DNA from: Sphyrna mokarran
Taxonomy: Eukaryota
Length of the DNA stretch: 64,000 nt
Direction: 5' to 3'
Assembly (NCBI GenBank): GCA_024679065.1
Contig: JAGIQG010000009.1
Location: 81,034,001 to 81,098,000, forward strand
Shown here: positions 12,590 through 25,956 of the stretch, piece by piece
Layout of the letters: every line of letters starts with the position of its first letter
Position numbering within the stretch: the stretch's first letter is position 1
The notes under the pieces: model-generated
Databases searched by the model: none
What the model was told of the DNA's origin: nothing
The model's input: the letters and a program-made list of their open reading frames with translations, nothing else
Made by a program: the position numbers and the translations under genes

Positions 12590-14600
12590 ATGATGTATGG
12601 TGTCACAGAGTAATTTATTCTGAGAGTATACTCTGTAAGCAGCCTATCTGTGTTGCAGAAACACCCTTAATGCTGGTAACCTGGAATCTATAAATAGTGA
12701 AGACTAACAATAAGCGGTTCATATTGAAACATACCAATGTCAAGCTCCTCATACTTGAAACATCACTGCAGCACTGGGACAAGGTCAAAAGTGAAAAACG
12801 AGAAAGGATAGACACTATGCATAGTTCTTTAAATACAAATGTTGTGTTGTACTGAAATGGCAGCATCCTATATGTATGCAGCTGTCTGCTACTGGTCAAG
12901 CCTATCCAAAGAGAAGCTCAGATACAGATACACCACTTGGTTGAAGCAGATTCATATAATCTCAGGTGCGTGTAGCAGGCTTTGTCGCTAACTGAACTGA
13001 ACTGAAGTAGCAGTGATGTTGACTGCACTCTGCCCTTGACCTCAGTGCCCTGATGTAGGCTCCTGGGAAATGCCTGCTGAGTGCTGCTTGAAGTGGGACT
13101 GGAAGCAGAGAGGATTAGTTGTAAGGAGATCCATACTGAGAGTGACAACATGCTTAACAAGCAGCTCAGCTACTGAGCACTTAGAGGGAAATCTGAGGAC
13201 ACGCTCATTGGTTTCAAGTCTGGACTGCACACATGTATCTGCGGAAGCTGGAGTTGCAGACTGATCAAGGCGGAATAAATGTCATTTCCTCAATTTCAAG
13301 CTGACCAGTATCAGGGATTTCGCTGGTCTTTTTAATTAATTTGGCTCTTTCTAAAACGTATTCTTTCACGGGATGTGTGTGTCGCTGGCTGGGCCACATT
13401 TGTTGCCCAACCCTAAGTGCCCTTGAACTGGTTTGCTCGCCATCGCAGAAGGTAATTAAGAGTTACATTGCTGTGGGTAAGGACAGCAGATTTCCTTCCC
13501 TAAAGAACATTGGTGAAGCAGATGGGTTTTAACTATTCACAACGATTGCACGGTCACCATTTTTGAGATGATCTTTTAGTTCCAGATTTATGAATTGACT
13601 AGCACAGTGGGATTTGAACCTGTGACCCCAGAGCATTAGCCTGGGCCTCTGGATTACTAGCCCAGTGACGTTCCCAATACGGCCATAAGGAAGATAATGT
13701 TGCTTTTACTTTGGTGTTCCCTGTGTTATTAGATACCTTATTAATATTTATTAAAAACAGTATGTTGGGGAGGCAGTGGTATAGTGGTATTGTCACTGGA
13801 TGAGTAATCCAGTGGCCAAGGCTAATGTTCTGGGGTCACAGGTTCAGATCCCACGTGGCAGCTGGTGGAATTGAAACTCAATTCATAAATCTAAAAAAAA
13901 CATTATAATTAGCTTTGTCTCCCTTGGGAGTTTATTGTGCAAGCTTTCAGAAGATAGGAGGGAACCTGTGACAGGGCAGAGGTCAGTACAGGAATAGGCC
14001 CTGGACAGGAATGGGCGGGAGGATGGTTTGAGTAATGGACTGGGCTTCATTCACAACCCTTTGTAGTTTCTTGTGGTCTTGGGCAGAGCAGGAGAATACC
14101 AAGCTGTGATACATCCAGGAAGCCTCTGCTAATTATGAAAACATAATTAGGGATCCTTCCTTTCCCACCCTATCTTAGTATATGTCTAGCTGCCCCTAAG
14201 GTGCCGCTATCATACCTACTCCTGCTACCTGTTTGGGCTGCGCATTCCAGACATTCACCACCCTCTGTGTAAAAAAAAAAACTTGCCTCGCACATCTCCT
14301 CTAAACTTCTCCACATGCAACTTAAACCTATGTTCTGTAGTACTTTTCTACCCTAGCAAAGAGCATCTGATTATCCGCACTGTCCACGTTACTCATAATC
14401 TTGTAAAATCTCTCTCTGCATTGAAAATTAAAACATAATGAAATATAAAAAAACAAATATTTATAAAATGAATCTGAGGGGGTGGTAAAACAGAGTTGCA
14501 TTTTAATTGGTGTGTTGTATATTCATGGAGCTGGGATTTGACTGGCTTTCATGCCGCTTGTCAAAATGTTGAGTCTAAAGCAGTTTTTTTCACTGGACAG

Positions 14601-14818
14601 ACTCTTGGATGGCTGCTGCATTATGTTATGACTGGAGGGAAGGATCCATATAGCTCTGAGGAGGATGTGCGTGAGAATAAACCTTCTCTCGATCCGGATC
14701 TTTGCAAACCCCAGAATGCTGAAGCCAAAGATTTCATCGAGTGCTTGTTAGCACCAGCAGGGAAGAGAGCTACACTGAGCGAGATCAAACAACATCCACT
14801 GCTGTGGAAAGATGAAGG
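14601..14818 (+). CDS. RNASEL: RNase L coding exon 3 (pseudokinase C-lobe)
   Basis: Encodes TLGWLLHYVMTGG...EAKDFIECLL...HPLLW; acceptor ggacAG; donor GG|GTAAGT at 14819; phase 2. Confidence 0.93.
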
Positions 14819-15268
14819 GTAAGTCCAGCTGGCTTAGGCAATGTTCAGAAAGATCTGAGTATCCATAATTCCTAAATGTGCTGAGAAAGGGGTTGAGTGT
14901 TTAAAATTTCCTATCAAATTCTGGTGTGCGCTAAGAGTGGTATCAGCAGAGCTACTGATATCACTGGATTGTTCCTCATTATGGGTCATAGAATCACAGA
15001 GTTATAGAATTCCTGCACTGCAGAAGGAGGTCATTCAGTCTGTCGATCTGCATTGACCACAATCCCACCCAGGCCCTATTCCCGTAAACCCACATTGACT
15101 AGGCCAATCAACCTAACCTTTGGACTTTGGGAGGAAACAGAGCACTCAGTGGAAACACACCCAAACACGGGGAAAATGTACAAACTCCCCACAGACAGTG
15201 ACCTGAGGCTGTAATTGAACCCGGGTCTCTGGTGCTGTGAGATAGCAGTGCTAACCACTGTGCCACCA

Positions 15269-15505
15269 TGATGTAGAGATGCCGTCGTTGGACTGGGGTA
15301 AACACAGTAAGAAGTCTCATAACACCAGGTTAAAGTCCAACAGGTTTATTTGACAGTAATCCCACAAACTTTCGGAAATGGCGTTCCTTCGTAAGGTGTG
15401 TGTGACACACGCTTGACAAAGGAACACCGTTTCCAAAAGCTTGTGAGATTACTATCGAATAAACTAGTTGATTGGACTGTAACGTGGCGTTGTGAGACTT
15501 CTACA
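15269..15505. mobile_element. Miniature Penelope-like hairpin element inserted in a SINE head
   Basis: Same terminal sequence TGATGTAGAGATGCC..GGACTGGGGTAAAC; diverged inverted arms. Confidence 0.75.
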
Positions 15506-15944
15506 TTGTGCTGCCCCAGAGGGTGTGTTATTCTTTATAACAGTTTGAAAAGATTGTTCTGGACTGAGAGGAAATTTCTTGATTAGGATACTGAATGCAG
15601 TGCCTTCACTTACGTCAGGAGGAATTAATACACCACACATCTGATCCCAGCTACAATACAAGAAAACAATTACGATACAAGAAAATGCTTGCAGTCTCTA
15701 TTCTGAACATTGGATGTGATGTTGACAGAAACGGACTGTTAATGTTGTGACAGAGAATGTTCTCACAGCCATTCTTAGAATTGGATAATCTGCAAAGTTA
15801 CACAAATGAGAACAGGTTCTGTGGTAAAGCTTCTTTTTCTGTGAGAGAGCTAGGCTCAGCTCAATGGCAGCATACCAAACTCAAGCTGAGAAAGATTGTA
15901 GTTTCACTTTTCATTCAAACACATAAGTGTATAATCTACACTGC

Positions 15945-16090
15945 GTGCTGAGAGAGTGCTGCACTGTCAGAGGGTCAGTAGTGAAGGAGTGCTGCACTAT
16001 CAGAGAGTCAGTACAGTACAGTGGGAATACTGAGGGAATGCTGCACTGTGAGAGGGTCAGTACAGTGGGAATGCTGCACTGTGAGAAGGT
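15945..16090. repeat. ~33-bp tandem repeat (continues at 20336-20460 beyond the CR1 insertion)
   Basis: Unit approximately CAGTACTGAGGGAGTGCTGCACTGTCAGAGGGT. Confidence 0.8.
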
Positions 16091-19000
16091 CATAGAACAT
16101 AGAACATTACAGCGCAGAACAGGCCCTTCGGCCTTCGATGTTGCGCCGACCAATTAGGAACAAGCAGTGACCCTCTAACCGATATCATTCCCTTTTCATC
16201 CATAAACTTATCTACTAACCTCTTAAATGCCACCAAACTTGGCGCATCTACAACTGACGCAGGCAGGGCATTCCATACCCTTACCACCCTCTGGGTAAAG
16301 AACCTACCTCTGACATCTGTCCTAAAACCACAACCCCTTAATTTAAAGCTATGTCCCCTCGTGCTAGCTTTCTCCATCCTAGGAAAAAGGCTATCACTGT
16401 TCACCCTATCTAAACCTCTAATCATCTTGTATGTTTCAATAAGGTCTCCTCTTAGCCGCCTTCTTTCTAACAAAAACAACCTCAAATCCCTCAGCCTCTC
16501 TTCATAAGACCTGCCCTCCGTACCAGGCAACATCCTGGTAAACTCCTCTGTACCCTCTCCAATGCCTCCACATCTTTCTTATAATGTGGGGACCAGAACT
16601 GTACACAATACTCCAAGTGCGGCCGCACTAGAGTTTTGTACACTTGCAACATGACGTTGCAGCTCCGAAATTCAATCCCCCTACCAATAAAAGCTAAGAC
16701 TCCATATGCCTTCTTAACAACCTTATCGACTTGACTGCCTACTTTCAGGGATCTATGCACAAATACACCAAGATTCCTCTGTTCATCAACACTATTAAGA
16801 ATCCTACCATTAGCCCTATACTCTACACGTTTGTTATTCCTGCCAAAGTGCATTACCTCACACTTTTCCACATTAAACTCCATTTGCCACCTCTCGGCCC
16901 AGCTCTGCAACTTGTCCAAGTCTCTCTGCAAACGAGAACACCCCTCTTCACTATCTACCACTCCACCGACTTTAGTGTCATCTGCAAATTTACTAATCCA
17001 TCCTTCAATACCCTCATCCAGATCATTTATAAAAATTACAAACAGCCGGGGCCCCAAAACAGACCCCTGAGGTACACCACTTGTAACCGAACTCCACAAT
17101 GAATATCTCCCATCAACCACCACCCTCTGTCTTCTATCTGCTAGCCAATTCCTAATCCAATTAGCTAAATCACCCTCAATCCCATACATCTGCATTTTCT
17201 GCAGAAGCCTTCCATGGGCCACCTTATCGAACGCCTTACTAAAGTCCATATGTACCACATCAACTGCCTTACCCCCATCCACCTCTTTGGTCACTTTTTC
17301 AAAAAACTCAATAAGGTTAGTAAGGCACGACCTACCTTCACAAAACCATGCTGACTATCCCCAATCAATTCATTTCTCTCTAAATAACTATAAATACTAT
17401 CCCTAATAATTCTCTCCAATACTTTACCCACAACAGAAGTAAGACTCACTGGCCTATAATTCCCTGGAAGGTCTCTCTTCCCCTTCTTGAACAATGGGAC
17501 CACATTCGCTATACTCCAGTCCTCCGGAACCACACCCGTAACCAACGACGACCTGAAGATCAGAGCCAGAGGCTCTGCATTCTCCTCTCTTGCCTCCCAG
17601 AGAATCCTAGGGTAAATCCCGTCCGGCCCAGGGGACTTATCTAACTTCAAATCCTCAAGAATATCTAGCACATCCTCCCTATCTACTTCAATACTTTCCA
17701 GTTTGCAACCCTGTACCTCAGTGTTCTCCACACCTACATTTACATCTCCCTGCGTGAATACCGAAGAGAAATATTTATTCAGTGCCTCTCCAATCTCTTC
17801 AGGCTCCACGCACAACTTCCCACTGCTGTCAATGACTGGCCCTAATCTTGTCCTAACCAATCTTCTATTCTTAACATATCTAAAGAAAGCTTTAGGATTC
17901 TCCTTGATCCTATCAGCCAAAGTCTTCTCATGTCCCCTTTTAGCTCTCCTCAACTCACTCTTTAGCTCCCTCCTGGCTAATCTATAGCTATCCATTGCAC
18001 TAACTGACCCTTCAAGCCTCATCCTGTCATAAGCCTCCTTTTTCCTTTTAACCCGTGAATTAACTTTTTTAGTACACCATGGTTCCCTTACTTGACCATC
18101 TCCTCCTTGTCTGACAGGGACATACTTATCAAGGACTCGCAGCAGCTGCTCCTTGAATAAGCTCCACATTTCAGATGTTCCCAGTCCCTGTAGTTTCCTA
18201 GTCCAACCTATGCACCCTAATTCCCTCCTTATGGCCTCATAATTACCATTCCCCAGCTATAACTACTGCCCCCAGCTTCATGCCTATCCCTATCCATCAC
18301 TAAGGTGAACGTAACCGAATTGTGGTCACTATCACCAAAATGTTCACCAACTTCCAAGCCTAACACCTGGTCTGGATCATTGCCCAGCACCAAATCCAAT
18401 GTAGCCTCACCTCTAGTTGGCCTATCTACATATTGAGTCAAAAAACCTTCCTGCACACTTTGTACAAAAACTGACCCCTCTAACGTACTAGAGCTATAGC
18501 TATTCCAATCAATATTAGTAAAGTTAAAGTCCCCCATAACAATTACCCTATTACTTTCACTCCTGTCCAGGATTGACTTTGCAATCCTTTCCTCTACCTC
18601 TCTAGAACTTTAGGAGGTCTATAAAAGACTCCCAACAGGGTGACCTCTCCTCTCCTGTTTCTAATCTCAGCCCATATTACCTCAACAGACAAGTCCTCAT
18701 CAAACTTCCTTTCTGTCACTGTGATACAGTCTTTGACTAATAATGCCACTCCTCCCCCCCTTCTACCTCCTTCTTTACTCCGACTGAAGCATTTGAACCC
18801 TGGAACCTGCAACAACCATTCCTGTCCCTGCTCTATCCATGTCTCTGAAATGGCCACAACATTGAAGTTCCAGGTACTGATCCAAGCTGCAAGTTCCTCC
18901 ACCTTATTGCGAATACTTCTTGCATTAAAGTATACGCATTTCAAACCATGCCCTACTCCACCCGTACGCTGCTATGCTTTTCAGTTCTCATCTATGACCC

Positions 19001-20300
19001 CCCCTGTTCTCATCCCTCTTAACATCCAAACTACTCAGGATCCCACCCCACCTCTGAATCAGTTTAAAGCCGCCTGCATAGCCTTTGCAAATTTTCCCCC
19101 CAAGATATTGGTTCCCCTCTGGTTCAGGTGTAGACCATCTCTCTTGTAGAGGTCCCACCTACCCCAGAATGAGCCCCAATTGTTCAAGATCCTGAACCCC
19201 TCCCTCCTGCACCATCCCCGCAGCCACAAGTTCAAACATTCCCTCTCTCTGTTCTTCTCTAAACTATCCCGTGGCACAGGCAAGAGTCCAGAGATAACCG
19301 CTCTGTCTGTTTTGGCCCTAAGCTTCCACCCCAACTCCATAAATTTCTGTTTAATATCCCCTTCCCTTGTCCTACCTATATCATGTGTCCCTACATGAAC
19401 TATGACTTGGGGCTGACTCCCCTCTCCCTTAAGAATCTTAAAAACCTGCTCTGCGACATCCTGGACCCCGGCCCCTGGGAGGCAACACACCAGCCCTGAG
19501 TCCCGTTTATTACTATTTACTCTCCTATCTGTCCCCCCAACTATGGAGTCTCCAATTACCAGGCCCAATCTCTTATTCCCCCTACCCACCTGAGCATTCC
19601 CAGCAGGCTCACCCCCAGAGACCTGCTCCCTTTGGCCATCTCCAGTTGATTCCTCCTCAACTGTAGCCTCCAGGACAGAAAACTTCTTTTGGAGGGGAAC
19701 AGCCCCAGGGGATTGTCTCCCCGATTGCTTCTTACCCCTCTTCCTAATAGTTACCCAAGAATCGCTTTTAGGAGTGACTATCTGTTTGTAACTCCTGTCA
19801 ATATCCACCTCAACCTCCCGAATTATCCTGAGTTCCTCTAATTCCAGCTCCAGCTCCTTAACACGATCCTCAAGGAGCTGCAAATGGGCACACTTCCTGC
19901 AGGTGTAATCAGCAGGAACACCACTGGTGTCCCTCACCTCGTACATACCTCAGGAGGTGCAACGTACTGCCTGCACTGCCATCCCTGATACTTTAATTTC
20001 TAGGAGAGAAAAAAAAACTTCCCACACACTTTTATTATTAGGTTAGAGGAGGGGGGAGGGTGGGATACTCTACCTGTGTAGAGTATCGGGTTTCCTCTCT
20101 GCACCAATTTATAGAGTCAGAGAAAAACTACAACTACCGGCAAGCCTCCTAATGACGACTTCCGGTTTCCAGTTAGTTTAAAAAATGGCAAGAAACTACC
20201 ACCGCTCGCTACTTTAACTGAAAAGAAAATGTTAAAAATTACTTAACACTCGAACTTTACACTCTCCCAAATCGCTGCCTCTCCGTGCTGCTCCACAGGA
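16090..20300 (-). mobile_element. Near full-length CR1 LINE (5'UTR, ORF1 with Zn-finger, leucine zipper and SGNH esterase, ORF2 EN-RT), disabled
   Basis: ORF1 from ATG 19982 with premature TGA at 19950-19952, then CRKC, LEDRVKELELELEEL and GDSIV; ORF2 in five frameshifted pieces; (TTCTATG)n tail at 16090. Confidence 0.95.
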
Positions 20301-20654
20301 ACAATGGAACAATATAGACAGGAACAATACTCCCTCAGTACTGAGGGAGTGCTGCACTGTCAGAGGGTCAGTACAGCGGGAATGCTGCACTGTGAGAAAG
20401 TCAGTACTGAGGGAGTGCTGCACTATCAGAGCATCAGTACTGAGCGAGGCTATACTGTCTATTCAATGGAAGTATAAACTCAGTCCCTATGTACCCTCAA
20501 AAATGGATATAAAAGGTTATGGCAATGTTCAATGAAGACTAAGGGAGTTCACCAGTTGCCTTGGCCATTATTGATCTCATTTCTGTTTGTGGAGTGTGTG
20601 ATGTGGAAATTAGTTATTTCAAATGTTTCAATAGTGACTGTTCCATGAGCTGTA

Positions 20655-21180
20655 ATTTTGATTTTGATTTATTATTGTCATATGGATTAACATATAGTGA
20701 AAAATATTATTTCTTGCACACTATACAGACAAAATATACCGTTCATAGAAAAGGAAATGAGAGAGTACAGAATGAAGTGTTACAGTCATAGCTAGGGTAT
20801 AGAGAAATATCAACTTAATGCAAGATAGGTCCATTCAAACTTCTACAGCAGCAGGGAAAAGATTGTTTTTGACCTGTTGGTACATGACTTCAGACTTTGG
20901 TATCCTTTTCCCGAAGAAAGAAGGTAGAAGAAAGAATGTCCAGGGTGCATGGGGTCCTTAATTATGCTGGCTGCTTTGTCGAGGCAGCAGGAAGTGTAGA
21001 CAGAGTCAATGGATGGGAGGCTGGCTTGCATGATGGATTGGGCTGTTTCAGCACTTTTGTAGTTCCTTGTGGTCTTGGGCAGAGTAAGAGCCATAACAAG
21101 CTGTGATATAACCAGAAACAATGCTTTCTATGGTGCATCTGTAAAAGTTGGTGAGAATTGCTTTGGGACATATTGAACTT
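20655..21180 (-). mobile_element. 3' end of another LINE clade (L2/Rex-like) remnant
   Basis: Peptide ETAQSIMQASLPSIDSVYTSCCLDKAASIIKDPMHPGHSFF.. typical of fish LINE RT C-termini. Confidence 0.6.
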
Positions 21181-22999
21181 GTGAAAAATGCTATATAAAT
21201 GCACTTCTTTTATTATTCATTTCAACATTGAACCTGAAATCTGAATTCAGTACATTTCTGTGGTTTTCCTCAGAATGCTAATCACCATTTCAAAGGAAGG
21301 ATTGAAGCTCAGGCGTGAGTTTTTTTTAACTTCTTGTACTAAGCAGTCCTGGATGGCATGATGGCAGAGTAGTTAGCACTGTTGCCTCACAGCGCCGAGG
21401 ACTCAGGTTCAATTCCTGGCTTGGGCGTATGTCTGTGTGGAGTTTGCACATTTTCCCTGTATCTTCTTTCCCTGTTGCTTCTTCTCCAGTTTCCTCCCAC
21501 ACTCCAAAGATGTGTAGGTTAGGGGGATTGGCTATGGTAAATTTCCCCTTAGTGTTCCAAGATTAGTATGTTAGGTGGAGTAGTCATGCTAAATTGCCCT
21601 TTGGTTTGTCTGTAGGAGGGTTTAGCTTTTGCTTGATTATGGTGCAATGGCCCTCAACTACAAAGCCCCTGGCAAAAGATTTAGTGATCTGTTCCAGGAA
21701 TAATTAGCTGTAGAAATCGAGCTGAATACAGATGAAAGGTAGAGAGAGAGAGGTAGGCAGCACACAAATTTTCCCTGTTGAATAGTGTTAAGTCAGATTG
21801 CCAAGATGGTGCTAGTGGGTATTGAAACCACACACTGGGGACAAGAGGCTTATACATACAGCTCTTTTAATTGAATGGACCTTCAAACATCTCAACTCTC
21901 TCCAGTTGATATCAAAATGGCAGAATCACCCATTGGTTTCACTTTACAGTCTCTCAGTGCCACACAATGTGTTGTACCAGGAAGAAGGCCATTGCTTCAT
22001 TTGCTCTGTGTCTTTGGAGCTGATCAAAAGCTGAATCCTGATCAGCAGTTACTTTGCAACTCTGTCACGTTCAATCTGTATCACCCACTCGTCATCTCTG
22101 CATTCTGCTTTCCCAATTTCAACCTGTGCTCCGTTTTCAAATAGAACTCTCCTACCTCATCCAGGCTAAAGACAACTCCAGGAATGCATGGTAGCAAAGT
22201 GGTCAGCCCTGTCGCCTCACAATGCCTGGGACCCAGGTTCCATCCTAGCCTTGGGTGACTGCGTGGAGTTTGCACATTCTCCCCATGTCTGTGTGGGTTT
22301 CCTCCGGGTGCTGCAGTTCCCTTCCACACTTCAGTGATGTGCAGCTTGGGTGAATTGGCTGTGCTAAATTGATACTTAGGCTGGAATTTTACTGTCCTGC
22401 CAGCCACAAGAATTAGAGCATGTGGATGGTGAAAAGGTTCGTTGACCTCGAGTAGGATTTCAATTTCAGGACGAGCAGGGCCATAAGATATCGCCCTTAG
22501 TATTGGGGGGTTAGCAGGATAAATACACAGGGTTACGGGGATAGGCCCCTAGGTTGGTGTAGACTGGATGGGCTGAATGGCCTCTTTCTGCACTGTAGGG
22601 ATTCTATGATTCTATTCTAATATAATTGTGGCTTCTTTCTTGGTAAGAAGTCTGGCGTGGTGTTGTCAGACTTCTTACTGTGTTTACCCCAGTCCAACAC
22701 CGGCATCTCTATGTCATGGCTTCCTTCTTGTGTCAGACACTTTGATCCTCTGAGATTCTGAGCCTCGGCAACCACAAGGCATCTGAATATTGTACCTGTG
22801 AGTCTTCAAGCAACAGTCAGTTCTTCCTCTGATCCACAACTTTACCCAGCTCCCCCTCCATTGCTCTCCCCGTGGTCAGCTGCTTTCAATATTCACACTT
22901 TGCACCTTCTGAACTCCGAGGTCACGGACCTGCACAGTTTGCCCTGTCCCAAGTCCTCACTTGCATTATAAAACAGTGGTCGCAAACACTGTACACTTC

Positions 23000-23355
23000 A
23001 GAGTGATGTAGTTTTTGGAAATGGGAACTGTGGCAGTCAGTGAGTGCACAGCAAGATCCCACAACCAGCAATGTGCTAATGACCAGATAATTGGTTAATT
23101 GCAGTGTTGATTGAGGGATAAATATTGGCGGGGCGGGGGGGAGTGAAAACTTCCCCCTTCTCTTCAGAATAGCCATCATGGGATTTTTCACATCCATCCC
23201 AGACAGGACATCGCTTTAGAGTTTCATCCAAAAGTGACAGACTATATCACCGCTGTACTGGGATGTCAGCACTAGTGTGGGCGCTCAGATCCTGGAATGG
23301 GTCTTGACCCTGACTCCTAGGACCTCAGAGGCAGGAATGCTACTAACTGAGTGAC
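23000..23355 (-). mobile_element. Deu-domain SINE remnant (AmnSINE1/SacSINE1-like)
   Basis: TTGAGGGATAAATATTGGC..CATGGGAT..TCATCC motif recalled from Deu-SINEs. Related fragments at 20336-20650, 36550-36830, 45270-45515 and 50280-50360. Confidence 0.6.
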
Positions 23356-23622
23356 AGCAGACACTACACAGTGAGATGAAGACCGATTACAAATCCTAAT
23401 TACAAGGTCTCGAAAGAGGGAGCTCCTTCTTCTCTGCAGGTCACCTTACAATTGGAAGACATTTAAAATCTAATAATTGCTTCTTGATTGACCTTGATAC
23501 CGTCTTGGACAAAGGTCAGTGCTGGTAAAACTGGCCTAAACCAGCGACAGGCTTGCAGCTAACCAGCAGCTTGGTAATCACTCACAACTTTTCTTTTATG
23601 GACAGTGGACGGGACAGGAGCA

Positions 23623-24088
23623 ATAAGGTGCAGAGGAGGTTTACCAGGATGTTGCCTGGTATGGAGGGCAGGTCTTATGAGAAGAGGCCGAGGGATTTGA
23701 GGTTGTTTTCGTTAGAAAGAAGGCGGCTAAGAGGCGACCTTATTGAAACATACAAGATGATTAGAGGTTTAGATAGGATGAATAGTGATAGCCTTTTTCC
23801 TCGGATGGAGAAAGCTAGCACGAGGGGACATAGCTTTAAATTAAGGGGTGGTAGTTATAGGACGGATGTCAGCGGTAGGTTCTTTACCCAGAGGGTGGTA
23901 AGGGTATGAAATGCCCTGCCTGCTGCAGTTGTAGATGAGCCAAGTTTGGGGGCGTTTAAGAGGTCTGTGGATAGGTTTATGGATGAAAAGGGAATGGTTT
24001 AGGTTAGAGGGTCATTGCTTTTTCTTAATTGGTTGGCGCAATATCGAGGGCCGAAGGACCTGTACTGCGCTGTAATGTTCTATGTTCT
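23623..24088 (+). mobile_element. CR1 3' fragment (same young family)
   Basis: VQRRFTRMLPGMEGRSYE.. and 3' UTR and tail as in the 1185-4333 copy. Confidence 0.9.
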
Positions 24089-25386
24089 AATCATTCAACC
24101 CACCCAGGTTGTGCCAGTGTTTATGCCTCTCTCGAGCCTCCTCCTATCTTTCCTTATCTGCGTTTGCATTGGTTTCCTGCAGTTACTCCGGTTTCCTCCC
24201 ACAGTCAGAAGATGTGCAGATTAGGTGGATTGGCCGTGCAAAATTGATCCTTAGTGTCTCAAGATGTATAAGTTAGGGGATTAGCCATGATAAATGCATG
24301 AGGTGACAGGGATAGGGTGGAGGGAAGTGCCTGGGTTAAATGCTATTTCCGAGTGGCTTGATAGGCCAAATGGCCGCCTCCTTCACTGTAGCGATTTTTG
24401 TGCTCAGTAATTTATAAGCTCGCCGGCCTGAAGCTCGTGAGATCTCACCCGAGTCCAACGGAGAAAGTCATTCCGTGAACCTCCCCCGCCCCAGAATCGG
24501 GGCGGGTGAGGTCGTAATATACCCACCTACGCTTATTTGATTCATCTACTGTCTATTTCCTTCTCCTTCATGTATTTGTCCAGCTTCCATGTAAATACAT
24601 CCAGTCTATTTGCTTCAACCGGGCTGTGGGAGTGAGTTCCAAATTCTCCCCACTGTCTGGGCGAAGAAGTTTTTTTTCGAATTGCCTGTTGAATTTCTTG
24701 GTGATTATCTTATATAGATGTCCTTTAGTTGTTATACTCTATCAACTCAGGAAATGTTGCCAAGATTTTTGATTTATAACCAAGTGAAAATAAAAGTGAG
24801 ATTAGGACACAAATCTCTGAGAGTTTGAACTATTGTTCTTTGAAGTTCAGTGGAAAGAAGAATTGAGCAAGGTGAAAGGTCAGTTGCCTCTTCACCAAGT
24901 GGCCATTTTACATTGCTGGTACTACCAATATCGTTCCCTTATTTATTAGTTTCTTGAGAATTGAAGGAAGACCAGTATTTATTGTCCGTCCCTAATTGCC
25001 CTTGACAAGGTGGTGGTAAGATATCCCTTTGAGTTGCTGCATGTCGTCCAGGTATATCTACACTGCTATTAGGGAGGGAGTTCCAGGATATTGATCCAAC
25101 GACAGTAAAGGAACAGCCGATTATATTTCCAAGTCAGGATGGTGAGTGATTTGAAGGGAAATCTTCAAGTGGTGCTGTTCCCAGATACCTGCAACCCTGG
25201 TGGAGGTTGCAGGGTTGGAAAGTGTTGTCTGAGGAATGTTGGTGAGTTCCTGCAGTGCATTTTGTAGATGGTATGCAATGCTTCCACTATTCACTGGTGG
25301 TGGAAGGAGTGAATGGGGTGCTGATTAAACAATTCTTTTGTCCCGGATGGTCTTGATCGTCTTGAGTGTTGTTGCAGCTACACTCA

Positions 25387-25545
25387 TAGAACATAGAACA
25401 TAGAACATTACAGCACAGAACAGGCCCTTCGGCCTTCGATGTTGTGCCGACCAAAATAAAAAGCAATGCCCCTCCAAACTAAACCATTCCTTTCTCTTCC
25501 ATATACTTATCAATTAACCTCTTAAACGCCACCAAACTTGGCGTA
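25387..25545 (-). mobile_element. CR1 3' tip (same young family)
   Basis: (ATAGAAC)3 tail plus 3' UTR match to 4180-4333. Confidence 0.85.
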
Positions 25546-25956
25546 GAATCCACACTGCAGAAAGAAGTCATTTGGCCCATCAAAGCCTGCACCAACAACA
25601 ATCCCACCCAAGTCCTGTCCTATTCCCATAACCCCACATATTTACTCTACTAATCCCTCTATAGGATAAGATGGTGTTGGAAGTAGTACTGGCATGGATA
25701 GATAATTGACTGATGGGTAGGGAACAGCAAGTTGGAATAAGGGGTTCCACAGGGATGAGTGCTGGAATCATAACTATTTACAATAAATATTATGACATAG
25801 ACAAAGGGAGATATTATGACATAGACAAATCTGCACTGTAGCCAAATTTGCAGATGATACAAAGACAGATGGAAATGCAAATTACAAGAGGGATACAAAA
25901 TTTGCAAATGGATATTGATAGGTTAAGTGGGCAAAAAATTGGCAAATGGTGTATAA

